The notes beneath the pieces are model-generated. The model was not told the origin of the DNA. It was given only the letters and a program-made list of their open reading frames with translations, and searched no databases. 64,000 nt of DNA from Methanolinea sp. (GTDB lineage: Archaea > Halobacteriota > Methanomicrobia > Methanomicrobiales > Methanospirillaceae), in assembly GCA_018263335.1 (NCBI GenBank), contig JADFCY010000002.1, positions 36,249 to 100,248 of the forward strand, written 5' to 3'. Of the stretch, positions 20,581 to 30,699 are shown piece after piece. Made by a program: the position numbers and the translations under genes. Within the stretch, counting starts at the first letter, position 1. Each line of letters begins with the position of its first letter.

Positions 20581-21176
20581 GGCTCGGGCTCGGTCCTGGC
20601 GACCCTGAGCTCCTCACGCTGCGGGCCGTCCGCCTCATCAGGGAGGCTGACGCCGTCTTTGTCCCTGGCAGGCTGGCAAAGACCCTCGTTGCTCCCTACC
20701 GGGACGCAGAGGTGCTCGACTTCCCGATGACCGGGGATGAGGACAGGATCCGTTCCTGCATGGAGAAGAATGCGGACCGGATCGCAAGGGTGGCAGCAAC
20801 GGGGACCGCCGTCCTTGCGCTCATCGGGGACCCAAACTTCTTCTCGACGTTCACCCGCCTCTCTGAGGTGATGGCGCAGCGCTATCCCGAAATCCCCTGC
20901 AGGACAGAGCCGGGAATCAGTGCAATCACCGCGTTTGCAGCTGCTGCGGGGATCGCACTCTCCGAGGGGTTTGTCGTCACAGACCGGGGGGAGCCGCGCT
21001 GCCGGATACTCCTCAAGGTCAAAAGACCCAAAGAGACCGCCGAAAGACTCCGGAAAGAGGGTTTTGGGAAGTTCGTCCTCGTCGAGCGGATGTACCTCCC
21101 GGACATGCGCATCTGCCGGGACGCGGAACTCCCCGAGACCTGCGACTACCTGAGCATCATGTATGCGGGGCGGTGA
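20571..21176 (+). CDS. cbiL: cobalt-factor II C20-methyltransferase
   Basis: GLGLGPGDPELLTLRA, FPM, GDPNFFSTF. Confidence 0.9.
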   Translation: MLVGLGLGPGDPELLTLRAVRLIREADAVFVPGRLAKTLVAPYRDAEVLDFPMTGDEDRIRSCMEKNADRIARVAATGTAVLALIGDPNFFSTFTRLSEVMAQRYPEIPCRTEPGISAITAFAAAAGIALSEGFVVTDRGEPRCRILLKVKRPKETAERLRKEGFGKFVLVERMYLPDMRICRDAELPETCDYLSIMYAGR

Positions 21177-21177
21177 G

Positions 21178-21894
21178 ATGCCAAAGGTCTCCTTCGTCGG
21201 CGCAGGACCGGGCGACCCCGATCTCATCACCGTCAAGGGCCTCCGGCTCCTGGAAGAGGCCGATGTCCTCGTCTATACCGGATCGCTCGTGAACCCGGGA
21301 CTGGTGGCGAGATCTCATGCCGGGATCAAACTTGACAGCCACGGGATGAGACTTGAGGAGATCGTGGACGCCATGGTCCTGCACGCCCGAGCCGGCGCCC
21401 GCGTGGTGAGGCTCCACTCAGGCGACCCGGCGCTCTACGGGGCTATTGTAGAGCAGATGCAGGGACTCTCGCGGGAAGGGATCGATTACGAGGTGATTCC
21501 CGGCGTCTCCTCCCTCTTTGCCGCCGCCGCCGCTCTCCGGACGCAGCTCACCCTTGGCGGTGTCGCGGAGAGCGTGATCATCACCCGCCCGGCAGGTGCC
21601 ACGCTCGAAGAGGACGAGATACCTGCGCTGTCCACCCACAAAGCCACCATGGTCTTCTTTCTTGGAAGCGCCCACCTGGAGGAGATCACCTCGCGGGTCG
21701 CATGCCCGAAGGAGACGCCTGCCGCGGTCGTGTACCACGCCAGCTGGCCTGACCAGAAGGTGGTGAGGGGGACCGTTTCAGACATCGCCGCGAAGGCAAG
21801 AGCAGCGGGCATCGAGAAGACGGCACTTCTTCTCATCGGCGGGGTACTCGACCCCGGCCATTCTGGTCACCACAGGTCGCAACTCTACTCATGA
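21178..21894 (+). CDS. cbiF: cobalt-precorrin-4 C11-methyltransferase
   Basis: FVGAGPGDPDLITVKG, RLHSGDPALYGA, ASWPDQ. Confidence 0.93.
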   Translation: MPKVSFVGAGPGDPDLITVKGLRLLEEADVLVYTGSLVNPGLVARSHAGIKLDSHGMRLEEIVDAMVLHARAGARVVRLHSGDPALYGAIVEQMQGLSREGIDYEVIPGVSSLFAAAAALRTQLTLGGVAESVIITRPAGATLEEDEIPALSTHKATMVFFLGSAHLEEITSRVACPKETPAAVVYHASWPDQKVVRGTVSDIAAKARAAGIEKTALLLIGGVLDPGHSGHHRSQLYS

Positions 21895-22760
21895 ACAGGA
21901 CAGTCATCGCCCTGGAACGGTTCGAGGACGCGGGCAGGAGGGTTGCCGGGTTCCTGCACGCCGAGCTTATCCGCTACTCGGACGATGCTTTTCCCCTCGC
22001 CTTCTCCCGGTCGGGCGCCATTGTCGCGGTGATGGCTTCAGGGATCGTCGTCAGGGCGATCGCCCCCCTTCTCAAAGACAAGTGGACCGACCCCGCGGTG
22101 GTTGTCGTGGACCCTGGCCTCTCCTTTGCGGTTCCCCTGGTTGGTGGGCACCACGGGGCCAATGACCTTGCAAGGGAACTCGCCGGCCTCGGGCTCACTC
22201 CGGTAATCACAACCGCCACGGAGCGTGCGGGAAAGGCTGCCGTGGAAGTGGTTGCCGCCAGGGAAGGGTGCCGTGTCCTGAACCGCGGTTCCACCGTTTT
22301 GGTCAATGCGGCACTCCTTGACGGGGAAGTCCCGGTGCATGTCGTGTCCGGCCCGGCCATGGTCATCGCGGGGCCCGGTGTCGCGCTCCTCGCAAGGGAT
22401 GGCGAATATGCCGTCGGGATCGGCTGCCGGAGGGGCACTCCTGCAAAAGAGGTCGAAGATGCAGTAAAGAAGGCCCTTGAGGTATCCGGAATATCTGCCG
22501 AGGAAGTGAGCGTCTATGCCACCACCGCGAAGAAAGCCTGCGAGCCGGGAATAGTCGATGGCGTGAGGGCCCTTTGCGGGACTCTCATCTACCTTGACGA
22601 CGAAGTACTTGCAAGGTTCCCTCCGCAGTCCCCCTCCCGTGCAGGGAAAGTGGGTCTCGCGGGAGTCGCGGAACCTGCGGCACTTGCGGCTTCAAAGAGA
22701 AAGGAGCTCGTGATGAGAAAGACTGTGTACGGAGAGGTGACGGTTGCCATCGCACGGTGA
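21891..22760 (+). CDS. cbiG: cobalt-precorrin-5A hydrolase
   Basis: GIVVRAIAP, DPAVVV, GGHHGAN, VITTAT, GIGCRRG, GVAEPAAL. Confidence 0.93.
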   Translation: MNRTVIALERFEDAGRRVAGFLHAELIRYSDDAFPLAFSRSGAIVAVMASGIVVRAIAPLLKDKWTDPAVVVVDPGLSFAVPLVGGHHGANDLARELAGLGLTPVITTATERAGKAAVEVVAAREGCRVLNRGSTVLVNAALLDGEVPVHVVSGPAMVIAGPGVALLARDGEYAVGIGCRRGTPAKEVEDAVKKALEVSGISAEEVSVYATTAKKACEPGIVDGVRALCGTLIYLDDEVLARFPPQSPSRAGKVGLAGVAEPAALAASKRKELVMRKTVYGEVTVAIAR

Positions 22761-23526
22761 GGGGCGGGGCGTCCTCTACATCGTGGGTTCGGGCCCCGGT
22801 TCACCGGAACAGATGACCACAAGGGCGCTCCAGGCCATACGCGACGCGGAATACGTTCTCGGGAACGACTCCTACCTTGTGCCCCTGTCAGCCCTCCTCG
22901 AAGGGAAGAATGTGATCCGGAGCGGCATGGGAAAAGAAGTGGAGCGGGCAAGGGAGGCGGTCATACTGGCACGGGATCATGTGGTGGCCATGGTCAGCGG
23001 AGGAGACCCCGGCGTCTACGGGATGGCCAGCATCGTCCTCGAGGTCGCGGAACGCTCCGGCACGGATGCCAGGATCGAAGTGATCCCTGGCGTCACCGCG
23101 GCGACCGCCGCGGCATCAAGGCTCGGGTCTCCGCTCTCGGGGGACTTTGTTGTCGTCAGCCTGTCAGACCTCCTCACGCCCATCGACGTAATCGAGGAGC
23201 GGCTCGAGCATGCATTTGCCATGGGGATTCCCGTCGTGCTTTACAATCCCCGGAGCAGGGGCCGCCCCCACAACTTTGCCCGTGCAATGGAGATTGCCGC
23301 ATCTCACAGGGACCCCTCGACACCCCTCGGACTGGTAAAGAATGCCTACAGGGATGGCGAGGAGATAGTCATTACGACGCTCGGGCAGGTCGCCACGATC
23401 GAAAACCTGGTGGATATGCACAGCTCAGTGATCGTGGGAGGAACAGAAAGCAGGATTTGGAAGGAGGGATCGCATGCCAGAGGGATCATCACCCCGCGGG
23501 GATACCACAGGAAATACCTATACTGA
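22744..23526 (+). CDS. cbiH: precorrin-3B C17-methyltransferase
   Basis: VSGGDPGVYGMA, SLSDLLTP, LYNPRS, TPRGY. Confidence 0.93.
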   Translation: MPSHGEGRGVLYIVGSGPGSPEQMTTRALQAIRDAEYVLGNDSYLVPLSALLEGKNVIRSGMGKEVERAREAVILARDHVVAMVSGGDPGVYGMASIVLEVAERSGTDARIEVIPGVTAATAAASRLGSPLSGDFVVVSLSDLLTPIDVIEERLEHAFAMGIPVVLYNPRSRGRPHNFARAMEIAASHRDPSTPLGLVKNAYRDGEEIVITTLGQVATIENLVDMHSSVIVGGTESRIWKEGSHARGIITPRGYHRKYLY

Positions 23527-24136
23527 CCTTGGGGCTACCACAAAGGAAGCCCACCGGATTTCTGAAACGAGCAGGAAACTTGCGAGAAAGACCATCGGGG
23601 ACCGCGACTACGAGGACAGGGTGAGACAGCGCTGCTCCATCGCCGTCGGAGACTTCTCGATGGCTTCGCTCATCAGGTTCGTGGGGGATCCCATCCCTGC
23701 CGGCCTTTGCGCTCTGGAACACGAGGCCCCGATCATCACCGATATCCGCATGGTGCAGGTCGGGATCCAGAAGAAGGGACATAAAAGCGAGGTCATCTGC
23801 GCCCTCGACCATGCAGGTTTTGCGGCTGAAAAAGGAATCACCCGATCGAGGGCGGGCATCCTTGCCCTCGGTGAGAGGATCGACGGTGCGGTGGTGGTGA
23901 TAGGAAACGCTCCATCAGCCCTCCTCTCGCTCTGCGACCTCATCAGGGAGGGGAAACACCCCTCCCTTGTGGTGGGCACACCTGTAGGGTTCGTGAATGC
24001 CGCCGAGTCAAAGGAACTGCTGAGAACCCTTCCTGTCCCCTCGATCTCAAACGTCGGGACCAGGGGAGGGACCCCCGTTGCCGTCGCGGCCATCAACGAG
24101 ATCATCACCATCCATGCAGAAGAGCACCCGACCTGA
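23474..24136 (+). CDS. cbiC: precorrin-8X methylmutase
   Basis: ITRS, IGNAPSAL, GTPVGFVNAAESKE, GTRGGT. Confidence 0.92.
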   Translation: MPEGSSPRGDTTGNTYTDLGATTKEAHRISETSRKLARKTIGDRDYEDRVRQRCSIAVGDFSMASLIRFVGDPIPAGLCALEHEAPIITDIRMVQVGIQKKGHKSEVICALDHAGFAAEKGITRSRAGILALGERIDGAVVVIGNAPSALLSLCDLIREGKHPSLVVGTPVGFVNAAESKELLRTLPVPSISNVGTRGGTPVAVAAINEIITIHAEEHPT

Positions 24137-25157
24137 CCCCGAGGGAACGACCATCACCGACCCCGTGACCGGATTCACATACCCTGTGGAGTGGGTGAGC
24201 GCCTGCAAAGACCCTGAATCAAGAGCGCTCGCTTCCTCCGGTCTTGGGGTCCTCACGTCCGGCGGGCGCGTATTGAGGAGGGGATTTACCACCGGCACGA
24301 CGGCTGCGGCGGCGTGCAGCGCGGCCATTCTCTCCCTTCGCGGGCCCGTGCGAGCGGTGCAGATCCGCCTTCCCTGTGGCCTCACTGTCCTTGTTCCTGC
24401 CGAGGGTGTGGGAGGACACGCCGAAGCTGACAAATTTGCCGGTGACTACCCAGGAGATGTCACTGCAGGAGTGAGGTTCACTGCGGATGCAAGACCTGCT
24501 GACGAGGGCATCATCCTCATTGCAGGGACCGGGATCGGCCGGTTCGCCAGGGACACTGCCCGGAACAGGGCAGGGGAGCCTGCGATAAGCAGGGCTGCCC
24601 TCCAGTGCATCATGGACGCCATTGACAGCGCGGCCAGGGAGATCGGCCTCTCTGCAGTTGAGGTCTCTCTCTCTGTCCCAAAAGGGGAGATCATTGCGGC
24701 ACAGACGATGAACCCACGGCTTGGGATCCTCCCGGGAATATCGGTGCTCGGGACCACCGGACTTGTCGAGCCGTGGGACGACCACCTCACAGAATCGATG
24801 CTTGAGAGGGTGGAGAGGGCAGACCGCCTGGTGATCACCACAGGGAGGCTTGGCCTTCGTTACTCCCGGCTCCTCTTCCCCGAACACGAGGTCGTGCTCG
24901 CCGGGGCAAAGATCCGGGAAGCCGTGGAGCGTGCCAGGGGAGAGGTGATCCTCTGCGGCCTCCCGGGACTGGTCCTGAAATTCCTTGAACCAAAGATCCT
25001 CGAAGGGACAGGGTGCGCGACAGTAGAGGAACTCTCTGGAAGGCCCGGATTCGACCGGCTCCTTGGAGGTGTTTTCAAGAGAGCCAGGATTCAATATCCC
25101 GGTCTCCGGGTGGTTGTGCTCTCCCGCCAGGGAGATGTGCTGGGGGACAGCGGATGA
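24114..25157 (+). CDS. cbiD: cobalt-precorrin-5B C1-methyltransferase
   Basis: LRRGFTTGTTAAAA, TMNPRLGI, GISVLGTTG. Confidence 0.93.
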   Translation: MQKSTRPDPEGTTITDPVTGFTYPVEWVSACKDPESRALASSGLGVLTSGGRVLRRGFTTGTTAAAACSAAILSLRGPVRAVQIRLPCGLTVLVPAEGVGGHAEADKFAGDYPGDVTAGVRFTADARPADEGIILIAGTGIGRFARDTARNRAGEPAISRAALQCIMDAIDSAAREIGLSAVEVSLSVPKGEIIAAQTMNPRLGILPGISVLGTTGLVEPWDDHLTESMLERVERADRLVITTGRLGLRYSRLLFPEHEVVLAGAKIREAVERARGEVILCGLPGLVLKFLEPKILEGTGCATVEELSGRPGFDRLLGGVFKRARIQYPGLRVVVLSRQGDVLGDSG

Positions 25158-25753
25158 AGATCGTTGGAGTCGGATGCGGCCCAGGAATGCTCACTGAAGA
25201 GGCGATTGCGGCAATTTCCCGCGCGTCCCTGGTATACGGCTCCCCGAGGGCCATCGATCTCGCGAGGATGTACCTCTCCGGGGAATGCACCGTCAGGGAG
25301 ATCGAGGACTACCGTGCCCTCCGGACACTCCCGGATGACGCAGTCGTCCTCTCCACAGGCGACCCCATGCTCGCGGGTCTCGGGTACCTTGAAGGAGAGG
25401 TGATTCCCGGCATCTCATCCCTTCAGGTCGCACTTGCCCGCCTCCATATCCCGATGGTCCACATATCAGTTGTGGCAGCCCATGGGCGGGACCATGACGC
25501 GGCAATCCGTGAGACGGTGGGAGAGATTGCCAGGGGAAAGGCAGTCTTCCTCCTTGCTGACCCCGGGTTCGAAGTGACGCGCCTCGCCCGGCACTTCCTG
25601 CCGCCTCCACCCGGACTTACCATCACCCTCTGCGAGCAGCTGGGATACCCCGACGAGCGGGTGATAACCGGGACACCCGATGACCCCCCTATGCCCTGCA
25701 GTGACCTCTTTGTCCTCCTTGTCAACCCGGGTATAGTGAGAAGAACCCGCTGA
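25154..25753 (+). CDS. cbiE: cobalt-precorrin-7 C5-methyltransferase
   Basis: IVGVGCGPG, STGDPMLAGLG, PGISSLQ, AHGR, LGYPDERV. Confidence 0.9.
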   Translation: MKIVGVGCGPGMLTEEAIAAISRASLVYGSPRAIDLARMYLSGECTVREIEDYRALRTLPDDAVVLSTGDPMLAGLGYLEGEVIPGISSLQVALARLHIPMVHISVVAAHGRDHDAAIRETVGEIARGKAVFLLADPGFEVTRLARHFLPPPPGLTITLCEQLGYPDERVITGTPDDPPMPCSDLFVLLVNPGIVRRTR

Positions 25754-25907
25754 AGAGGCCCGTTGTTTCCTACAATGCGAGGGCTGCGAAAAGAAGTCAC
25801 TCAATCCTTGACGACCTCCCCGGGCTTTGGTGACACTCTCGTCAAGAGGAATATATCCCATTACCTCATATCTCAATACAGGAAACTGTCCATACAGGAG
25901 ATTTTCT

Positions 25908-26087
25908 ATGGAGAAGAATGTCAAAAAGCAGATCAGCCTGATATGTTTCGCAGCCGGCTTTGTCCTGCTCCTCATCCAGGATCTCAAGGGTTTCTCAACT
26001 ATCGACCTTGGTTTCTCTTGGCCCTGGGCGATCATGTTCTACTGCGGCCTGCTGCTGATGATAATCGGATATTACCTCCGGGGATAG
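25908..26087 (+). CDS. small two-helix membrane protein
   Basis: CAGGAG upstream; 59 aa with two hydrophobic segments. Confidence 0.6.
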   Translation: MEKNVKKQISLICFAAGFVLLLIQDLKGFSTIDLGFSWPWAIMFYCGLLLMIIGYYLRG

Positions 26088-26121
26088 CAAGGGCACAGGG
26101 GCCGCGAGGGGAGGGAAGGGT

Positions 26122-26937
26122 TCAAAGGAGGACTGCCAATTCACCTTCCCTTTTAAAAAAGCCCTCCTTTTCAAGAGTCGAAAGGATTGCCTCTGCCCTC
26201 TGCCGGTCGATTCCGAGCATCCACGGGAGGTCCGATTCCCTGACCGCGCCGTCCCTGACCAGGATGCCGAGGATCTTCCCCCTCACCATCCTGTCCGAGC
26301 CTTCAAAGGGGGCCTGTTTCCGGTAGTGGGCACTTCGGCGGTTGGGATTCGGGATCTGCTTTTTGAGCGCGCTTCCAAGGTCCATAAGTGCATAGTACCA
26401 TTCCCGCGGATTCTCACGATCACAGGTTGCGGCAACGAAGGGCCGGATCTCGGGGTCCTTGACACCGCTCTGCCCCTCGAAGAAGAAATGGATAAAAACC
26501 CTCCTTATATTGGTCTCTACCACTATCGACGGCCTGTTGAATACGAATGCCAGGAGGGATGCCGCGGTGGCTTCTCCGATGCCAGGAAACGACATGAGCG
26601 TTCCCTCGTCATCCGGGAGGCATCCCGAGTATTCATCCCTCACAAGACGCGCGATCCGGTGCAGGAAAATTGCCCTCCTGTTATACCCAAGCCCCTGCCA
26701 CTCCCCGAGCACCTCGGGAAACGGAGCCCCGGCGAGCGTTGAAAAGTCAGGGAAACGGGCAATGAAACGGGGGTAACGCTCAAGTACACGTTCAACCTGG
26801 GTCTGCTGGAGCATCACCTCCGAGACAAGGATGGAATACGCATCCTTCGTGTTTCTCCAGGGGAGATCTCTCCTGTGCACCCGGTAAAACCGGTATACAT
26901 TCTCCCGGAACTCCATAACCTCATGAGAAGAGAGCAC
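26122..26937 (-). CDS. mutY: MutY-like HhH-GPD adenine glycosylase lacking the Fe-S cysteines (start may be 26970)
   Basis: RRDLPWR, VSEVMLQQTQV, WQGLGYNRRA, FPGIG, ALMDLG. Confidence 0.85.
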   Translation of the reverse strand: MLSSHEVMEFRENVYRFYRVHRRDLPWRNTKDAYSILVSEVMLQQTQVERVLERYPRFIARFPDFSTLAGAPFPEVLGEWQGLGYNRRAIFLHRIARLVRDEYSGCLPDDEGTLMSFPGIGEATAASLLAFVFNRPSIVVETNIRRVFIHFFFEGQSGVKDPEIRPFVAATCDRENPREWYYALMDLGSALKKQIPNPNRRSAHYRKQAPFEGSDRMVRGKILGILVRDGAVRESDLPWMLGIDRQRAEAILSTLEKEGFFKREGELAVLL

Positions 26938-26947
26938 CTCTTCCTGT

Positions 26948-28321
26948 TCACCTGGTGACGCCCCGGCCATGCTCCTCCGCGAGCACCGCAACCCGTTCCA
27001 CGTACTTCTCTATCCTGAATTTCCTCTCGAGTCCCGCCGCATTCATGTAGCGGACCTTCCCAAAGACAGGGCGCTCTCCCCAGGCACGGTCGTGCTTGCC
27101 GAAGCACCAGGCAATTCCAGCATAGCCGTTTGGATCCCTCCCATCAAGTTCGTACCGGTTGTTGAGGGCAAGGGCAATGGCATACCCCTGCTCGGGAGTT
27201 TCTGTCCACTCAAGGATCTTCTTTCCCCAGTACATCCGCATGTACCCATGCATCTTCCCGGTGACGAGGAGTTCCTGCTGTGCTGCGTTCCAGAACGGGT
27301 CATGCGTGCGGGCATCCTCGAACTCGGCCTCCGTGTAGACGTATTCCCGGGGATCACCTGCATGCTCCGAGAGTGTCTTTCTGGCCCACCCGGGCAACCC
27401 CTCGTACCGGTCGTAATGGGGATTGAAGTGCACAAAGTTCAACGAGAGCTCGCGCCTGATAATCAACTGCTCCAAAAACGCATCCGCACCCGGCTGGCGC
27501 GATTCGAGCACCCTCTGCGCGATATACGAAGGAGATATCTGCCCGAAATGGAGGTACGGGCTCAACCCTGAGGTGATGGGGCGTGCAGGGTCATTCTGCC
27601 CCGAGGGGTACTGGGATAGATCCCCTGCGATGAACTTTTCAAGACGCAGGAGTGCCTCGTGCTCTCCTCCCCTGTATACTGGCGATGGGCCCGGATTCTG
27701 CTCTTGCACACGTCTGACCAGTGTTTCTGCATCAATAAAGGGGATTCCCCCATGATCAAGCGAAGGGGAGGGGTATTGGACAGAATTGCTCCTGACCGGC
27801 TCGAGAAAACGCATTAACTGGCGATGGATCTTCTTTCGGATGGTGCCTGCCGACCACTCCTCCTTGCCGGAAGCCGCCTCGACGGGGACGACCGCATTGT
27901 CCTCCACCATCACAAGGGGACATTCCACCACCTCCGCCACGTCGCTCCTCCAGGTCCGGTGCAGGCCGAGATATCCCCTGTCGGTCACGATCATCGATGC
28001 ATCTTCGGCTGCACCAGGGATACTCTCTCCAGGCGCTCCCCAGAAGATCGCAAGGGGGATATGCATCTTTTCGAGGGATCTTCCTGCTGATACCAGGCCT
28101 TCGGCCATGAACGTGTAGTGGCGGAGATTTGCCTCCGGATAAAAGGGATCGATGCAGAAGCAGGCAAAGACGGGTATTTTGAGGTTGTTTGCCTTCCGGA
28201 TAGCATACTCCAGGGCAAGGTTTCCCACTGTCCGCGGCGAAGACTGCATCCAGTAGAGGACGTATCCTCCAGAACGCACAGGGAGCGCGTTGAGAGCGCG
28301 TATTCGCTCGCCGGGAATCAT
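26948..28321 (-). CDS. phr: class II CPD photolyase
   Basis: VLYWM, SGLSPYLHFGQIS, MHGYMRMYWGKKILEW, DGRDPNG. Confidence 0.95.
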   Translation of the reverse strand: MIPGERIRALNALPVRSGGYVLYWMQSSPRTVGNLALEYAIRKANNLKIPVFACFCIDPFYPEANLRHYTFMAEGLVSAGRSLEKMHIPLAIFWGAPGESIPGAAEDASMIVTDRGYLGLHRTWRSDVAEVVECPLVMVEDNAVVPVEAASGKEEWSAGTIRKKIHRQLMRFLEPVRSNSVQYPSPSLDHGGIPFIDAETLVRRVQEQNPGPSPVYRGGEHEALLRLEKFIAGDLSQYPSGQNDPARPITSGLSPYLHFGQISPSYIAQRVLESRQPGADAFLEQLIIRRELSLNFVHFNPHYDRYEGLPGWARKTLSEHAGDPREYVYTEAEFEDARTHDPFWNAAQQELLVTGKMHGYMRMYWGKKILEWTETPEQGYAIALALNNRYELDGRDPNGYAGIAWCFGKHDRAWGERPVFGKVRYMNAAGLERKFRIEKYVERVAVLAEEHGRGVTR

Positions 28322-28448
28322 CCATCAGGACAATGGGATTCTCACCTACATGGAACCTTCCCTTTCGGCATCCTGCGGGTGCCTTCCAGTGGCTCACAAT
28401 CAGGGCAAGAGATACCGGTGGCCCGGATGGGTGACTGGGGAGAAAAAA

Positions 28449-28790
28449 TTATACCCTGAGGTATACGGGGGAGAAAAGCCCCAACCTCGAGTACTGAAAC
28501 GTGATCGTGTTCTCTGTCGGCCTGAAGAGGAGGTCCGATCTCCAGGTATTCCCCTGAACAGGGGAGAAGGTGTTCTCGAACTTCCATTCCTGCTTCACAG
28601 GGATACTTCCTGTGTACGTGACCATCTTGAGGCTCGCAGATTCGTTCACGACTGCATTGCCCGAGACGCTGGTGCTGCTCGAGATCCATGGCCCGGCAAG
28701 TCCCTCCGCAGAGACTGCTGCCGGGACTGCTATCCCGATAAAAATGAGGCAGAGAACCAGGAATACGGGCGTATTACTTCTGTCTGGCAT
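28449..28790 (-). CDS. hypothetical exported protein
   Basis: Hydrophobic signal peptide ending AVSA; beta-rich mature part. Confidence 0.6.
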   Translation of the reverse strand: MPDRSNTPVFLVLCLIFIGIAVPAAVSAEGLAGPWISSSTSVSGNAVVNESASLKMVTYTGSIPVKQEWKFENTFSPVQGNTWRSDLLFRPTENTITFQYSRLGLFSPVYLRV

Positions 28791-28902
28791 GATTGTCCTC
28801 CGTGTGGCGTGGCGGCGCACAGCGGAACATGTTCGCACTAGTATCAGACCACTTCACCTATATGCTTTCCCCTCAACCGATGAAAATTAGGTGAATTTTC
28901 AT

Positions 28903-30696
28903 TCAGGTTCTGTAAAAAAGGCCGTCAAGATCTCTTTTTTTGAAGGTGACCATCGTCGGCCTGCCATGGGGACAGCTGAAGGGATGCTCAGTCCGGCGCA
29001 ACTGCCATATCAGTGACCTGCACTGCTCCTGGGTCAGGGGAGTCCCTCCCTTTATTGCCCCCCTGCAGGCGATTACTTTGAGGATGCGGTCCTTCTCGGA
29101 TGAATCCTGGCGCACGTCCCCGGAGAGGAGGGCAGCGATAACCTCCCTGACCCCTTCCTGCCCGACCTGCTTTCCCAGAACGACCGGTATCGCACGAACG
29201 GCATACGTCCCTCTCCCAAAGTCCTCAATTGAGAACCCGATCTCTTCAAGGATTGGGAAAAGCGCCGGGAGGATTGCAGCCTCGCGAGGGGAAAGGTGCA
29301 ATGGGACGGGGACGATCAGCTCCTGGCACTCGGGCTCTCTCTCCCCCGCTTTCAGGACCTGTTCGTACAGGATCCGCTCGTGCGCTGCGTGCTGATCGAT
29401 CAGGATGAGGTCTTCGCCACCCCTTGGACAGGCGAGGATATAGGTATTGTCAAGCGTCCCGAGGACTTCGAGATCAGGGACAGGTGTCTCTCCTGCTTTC
29501 CCCGCGGAGAGGCCAAGCTCGGTCTGGCGGAGGCGCCGATCGGTATCTGCGCGGATTGCCCTCCCCGGTTCTGCAACCGTGGCCGTGGCTGGTTCACCGA
29601 TATGATAGGCGGGTGAACCAACGGCGGGGGAGATCGTTGCCTGTGTTGAGGCCCTGCCGGGTTCCAGGGCATCGAACGTGAGGTCCATGTCACGGAGTGC
29701 GTTCTCCACGGCCAGGGATATCTCCCTCTTCACCTCCCCTTCCCTGCTCAGGCGGACCTCCCTCTTGGTGGGATGGACGTTCACGTCGACAAGTTGCGGG
29801 TCGATCCTGATGTCGAGGATTGCCACAGGGAACCTGTCTCCCGGGAGGAGGGTGCCGTATCCCTCCTTTACCGCGAGTGAGAGTGCCCTTGACTGCACCG
29901 GCCGCCCGTTGATGCTGAGAAAGACCTGGTAGGGGTTCTGCCTTGAGAGCGAGGGTTGCGAGATCACTCCGTGCACCCTGATGAGTGACCCCTCGAAGTC
30001 AAGCGGGATCAGGGCGCTTCCCACCCCGGTTCCGAAGAGGTGGAGGGCTGCGTCCTGGACAGAACCGCCAGGCCCTGACATCAGCACCTTCCGGTTATGG
30101 AGGACGCGGAACGCGACATCCGGGCGGGAGAGGATGATCCGCTCCAATATACCCGTGATATAGGCCATCTCTGCCGGGAGCGAGCGCAGGAATTTTCTCC
30201 GTGCGGGGGTATTGAAGAAGATCTCCTCCACCTCGACCGTCGTCCCCTCAGGAGACCCGCATTCAACCCTCTCGATCACCTCACCTCCCTCGTTTACAAT
30301 CCGGATACCAAAGAGCGAGCTGCCCGCCTTTCTGGTGGTGAGGGTGAGCCTCGAGACTGCAGCGATGCTCGCGAGTGCCTCGCCGCGGAACCCGAGCGAC
30401 TGGACCCGCGAGAGGTCAAAAAGAGTTCGGATCTTACTCGTGGCATGCCGGACACAGGCGAGATCTGCATCTTTTTGCGTCATTCCCGAACCATTGTCAG
30501 TGACCCTGATCCCGGTGATGGTCCCCTTGCGCGAGGTGATCTCCACTTCGACGCGTGTCGCTCCCGCGTCGAGTGCGTTCTCTACAAGCTCCTTTACTAC
30601 CGACGCAGGTCGCTCGACCACCTCCCCCGCGGCGATCCGGGCCACGGTCTGCTGGTCAAGTAACTGGATCTCTCCTGGTTCTCTCCCGGTCTCCAT
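28903..30696 (-). CDS. mutL: DNA mismatch repair endonuclease MutL
   Basis: IAAGEVVERPASVVKELVENALDAG, GFRGEAL, DQHAAHERILYE, CPHGRP. Confidence 0.97.
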   Translation of the reverse strand: METGREPGEIQLLDQQTVARIAAGEVVERPASVVKELVENALDAGATRVEVEITSRKGTITGIRVTDNGSGMTQKDADLACVRHATSKIRTLFDLSRVQSLGFRGEALASIAAVSRLTLTTRKAGSSLFGIRIVNEGGEVIERVECGSPEGTTVEVEEIFFNTPARRKFLRSLPAEMAYITGILERIILSRPDVAFRVLHNRKVLMSGPGGSVQDAALHLFGTGVGSALIPLDFEGSLIRVHGVISQPSLSRQNPYQVFLSINGRPVQSRALSLAVKEGYGTLLPGDRFPVAILDIRIDPQLVDVNVHPTKREVRLSREGEVKREISLAVENALRDMDLTFDALEPGRASTQATISPAVGSPAYHIGEPATATVAEPGRAIRADTDRRLRQTELGLSAGKAGETPVPDLEVLGTLDNTYILACPRGGEDLILIDQHAAHERILYEQVLKAGEREPECQELIVPVPLHLSPREAAILPALFPILEEIGFSIEDFGRGTYAVRAIPVVLGKQVGQEGVREVIAALLSGDVRQDSSEKDRILKVIACRGAIKGGTPLTQEQCRSLIWQLRRTEHPFSCPHGRPTMVTFKKRDLDGLFYRT

Positions 30697-30699
30697 CCC

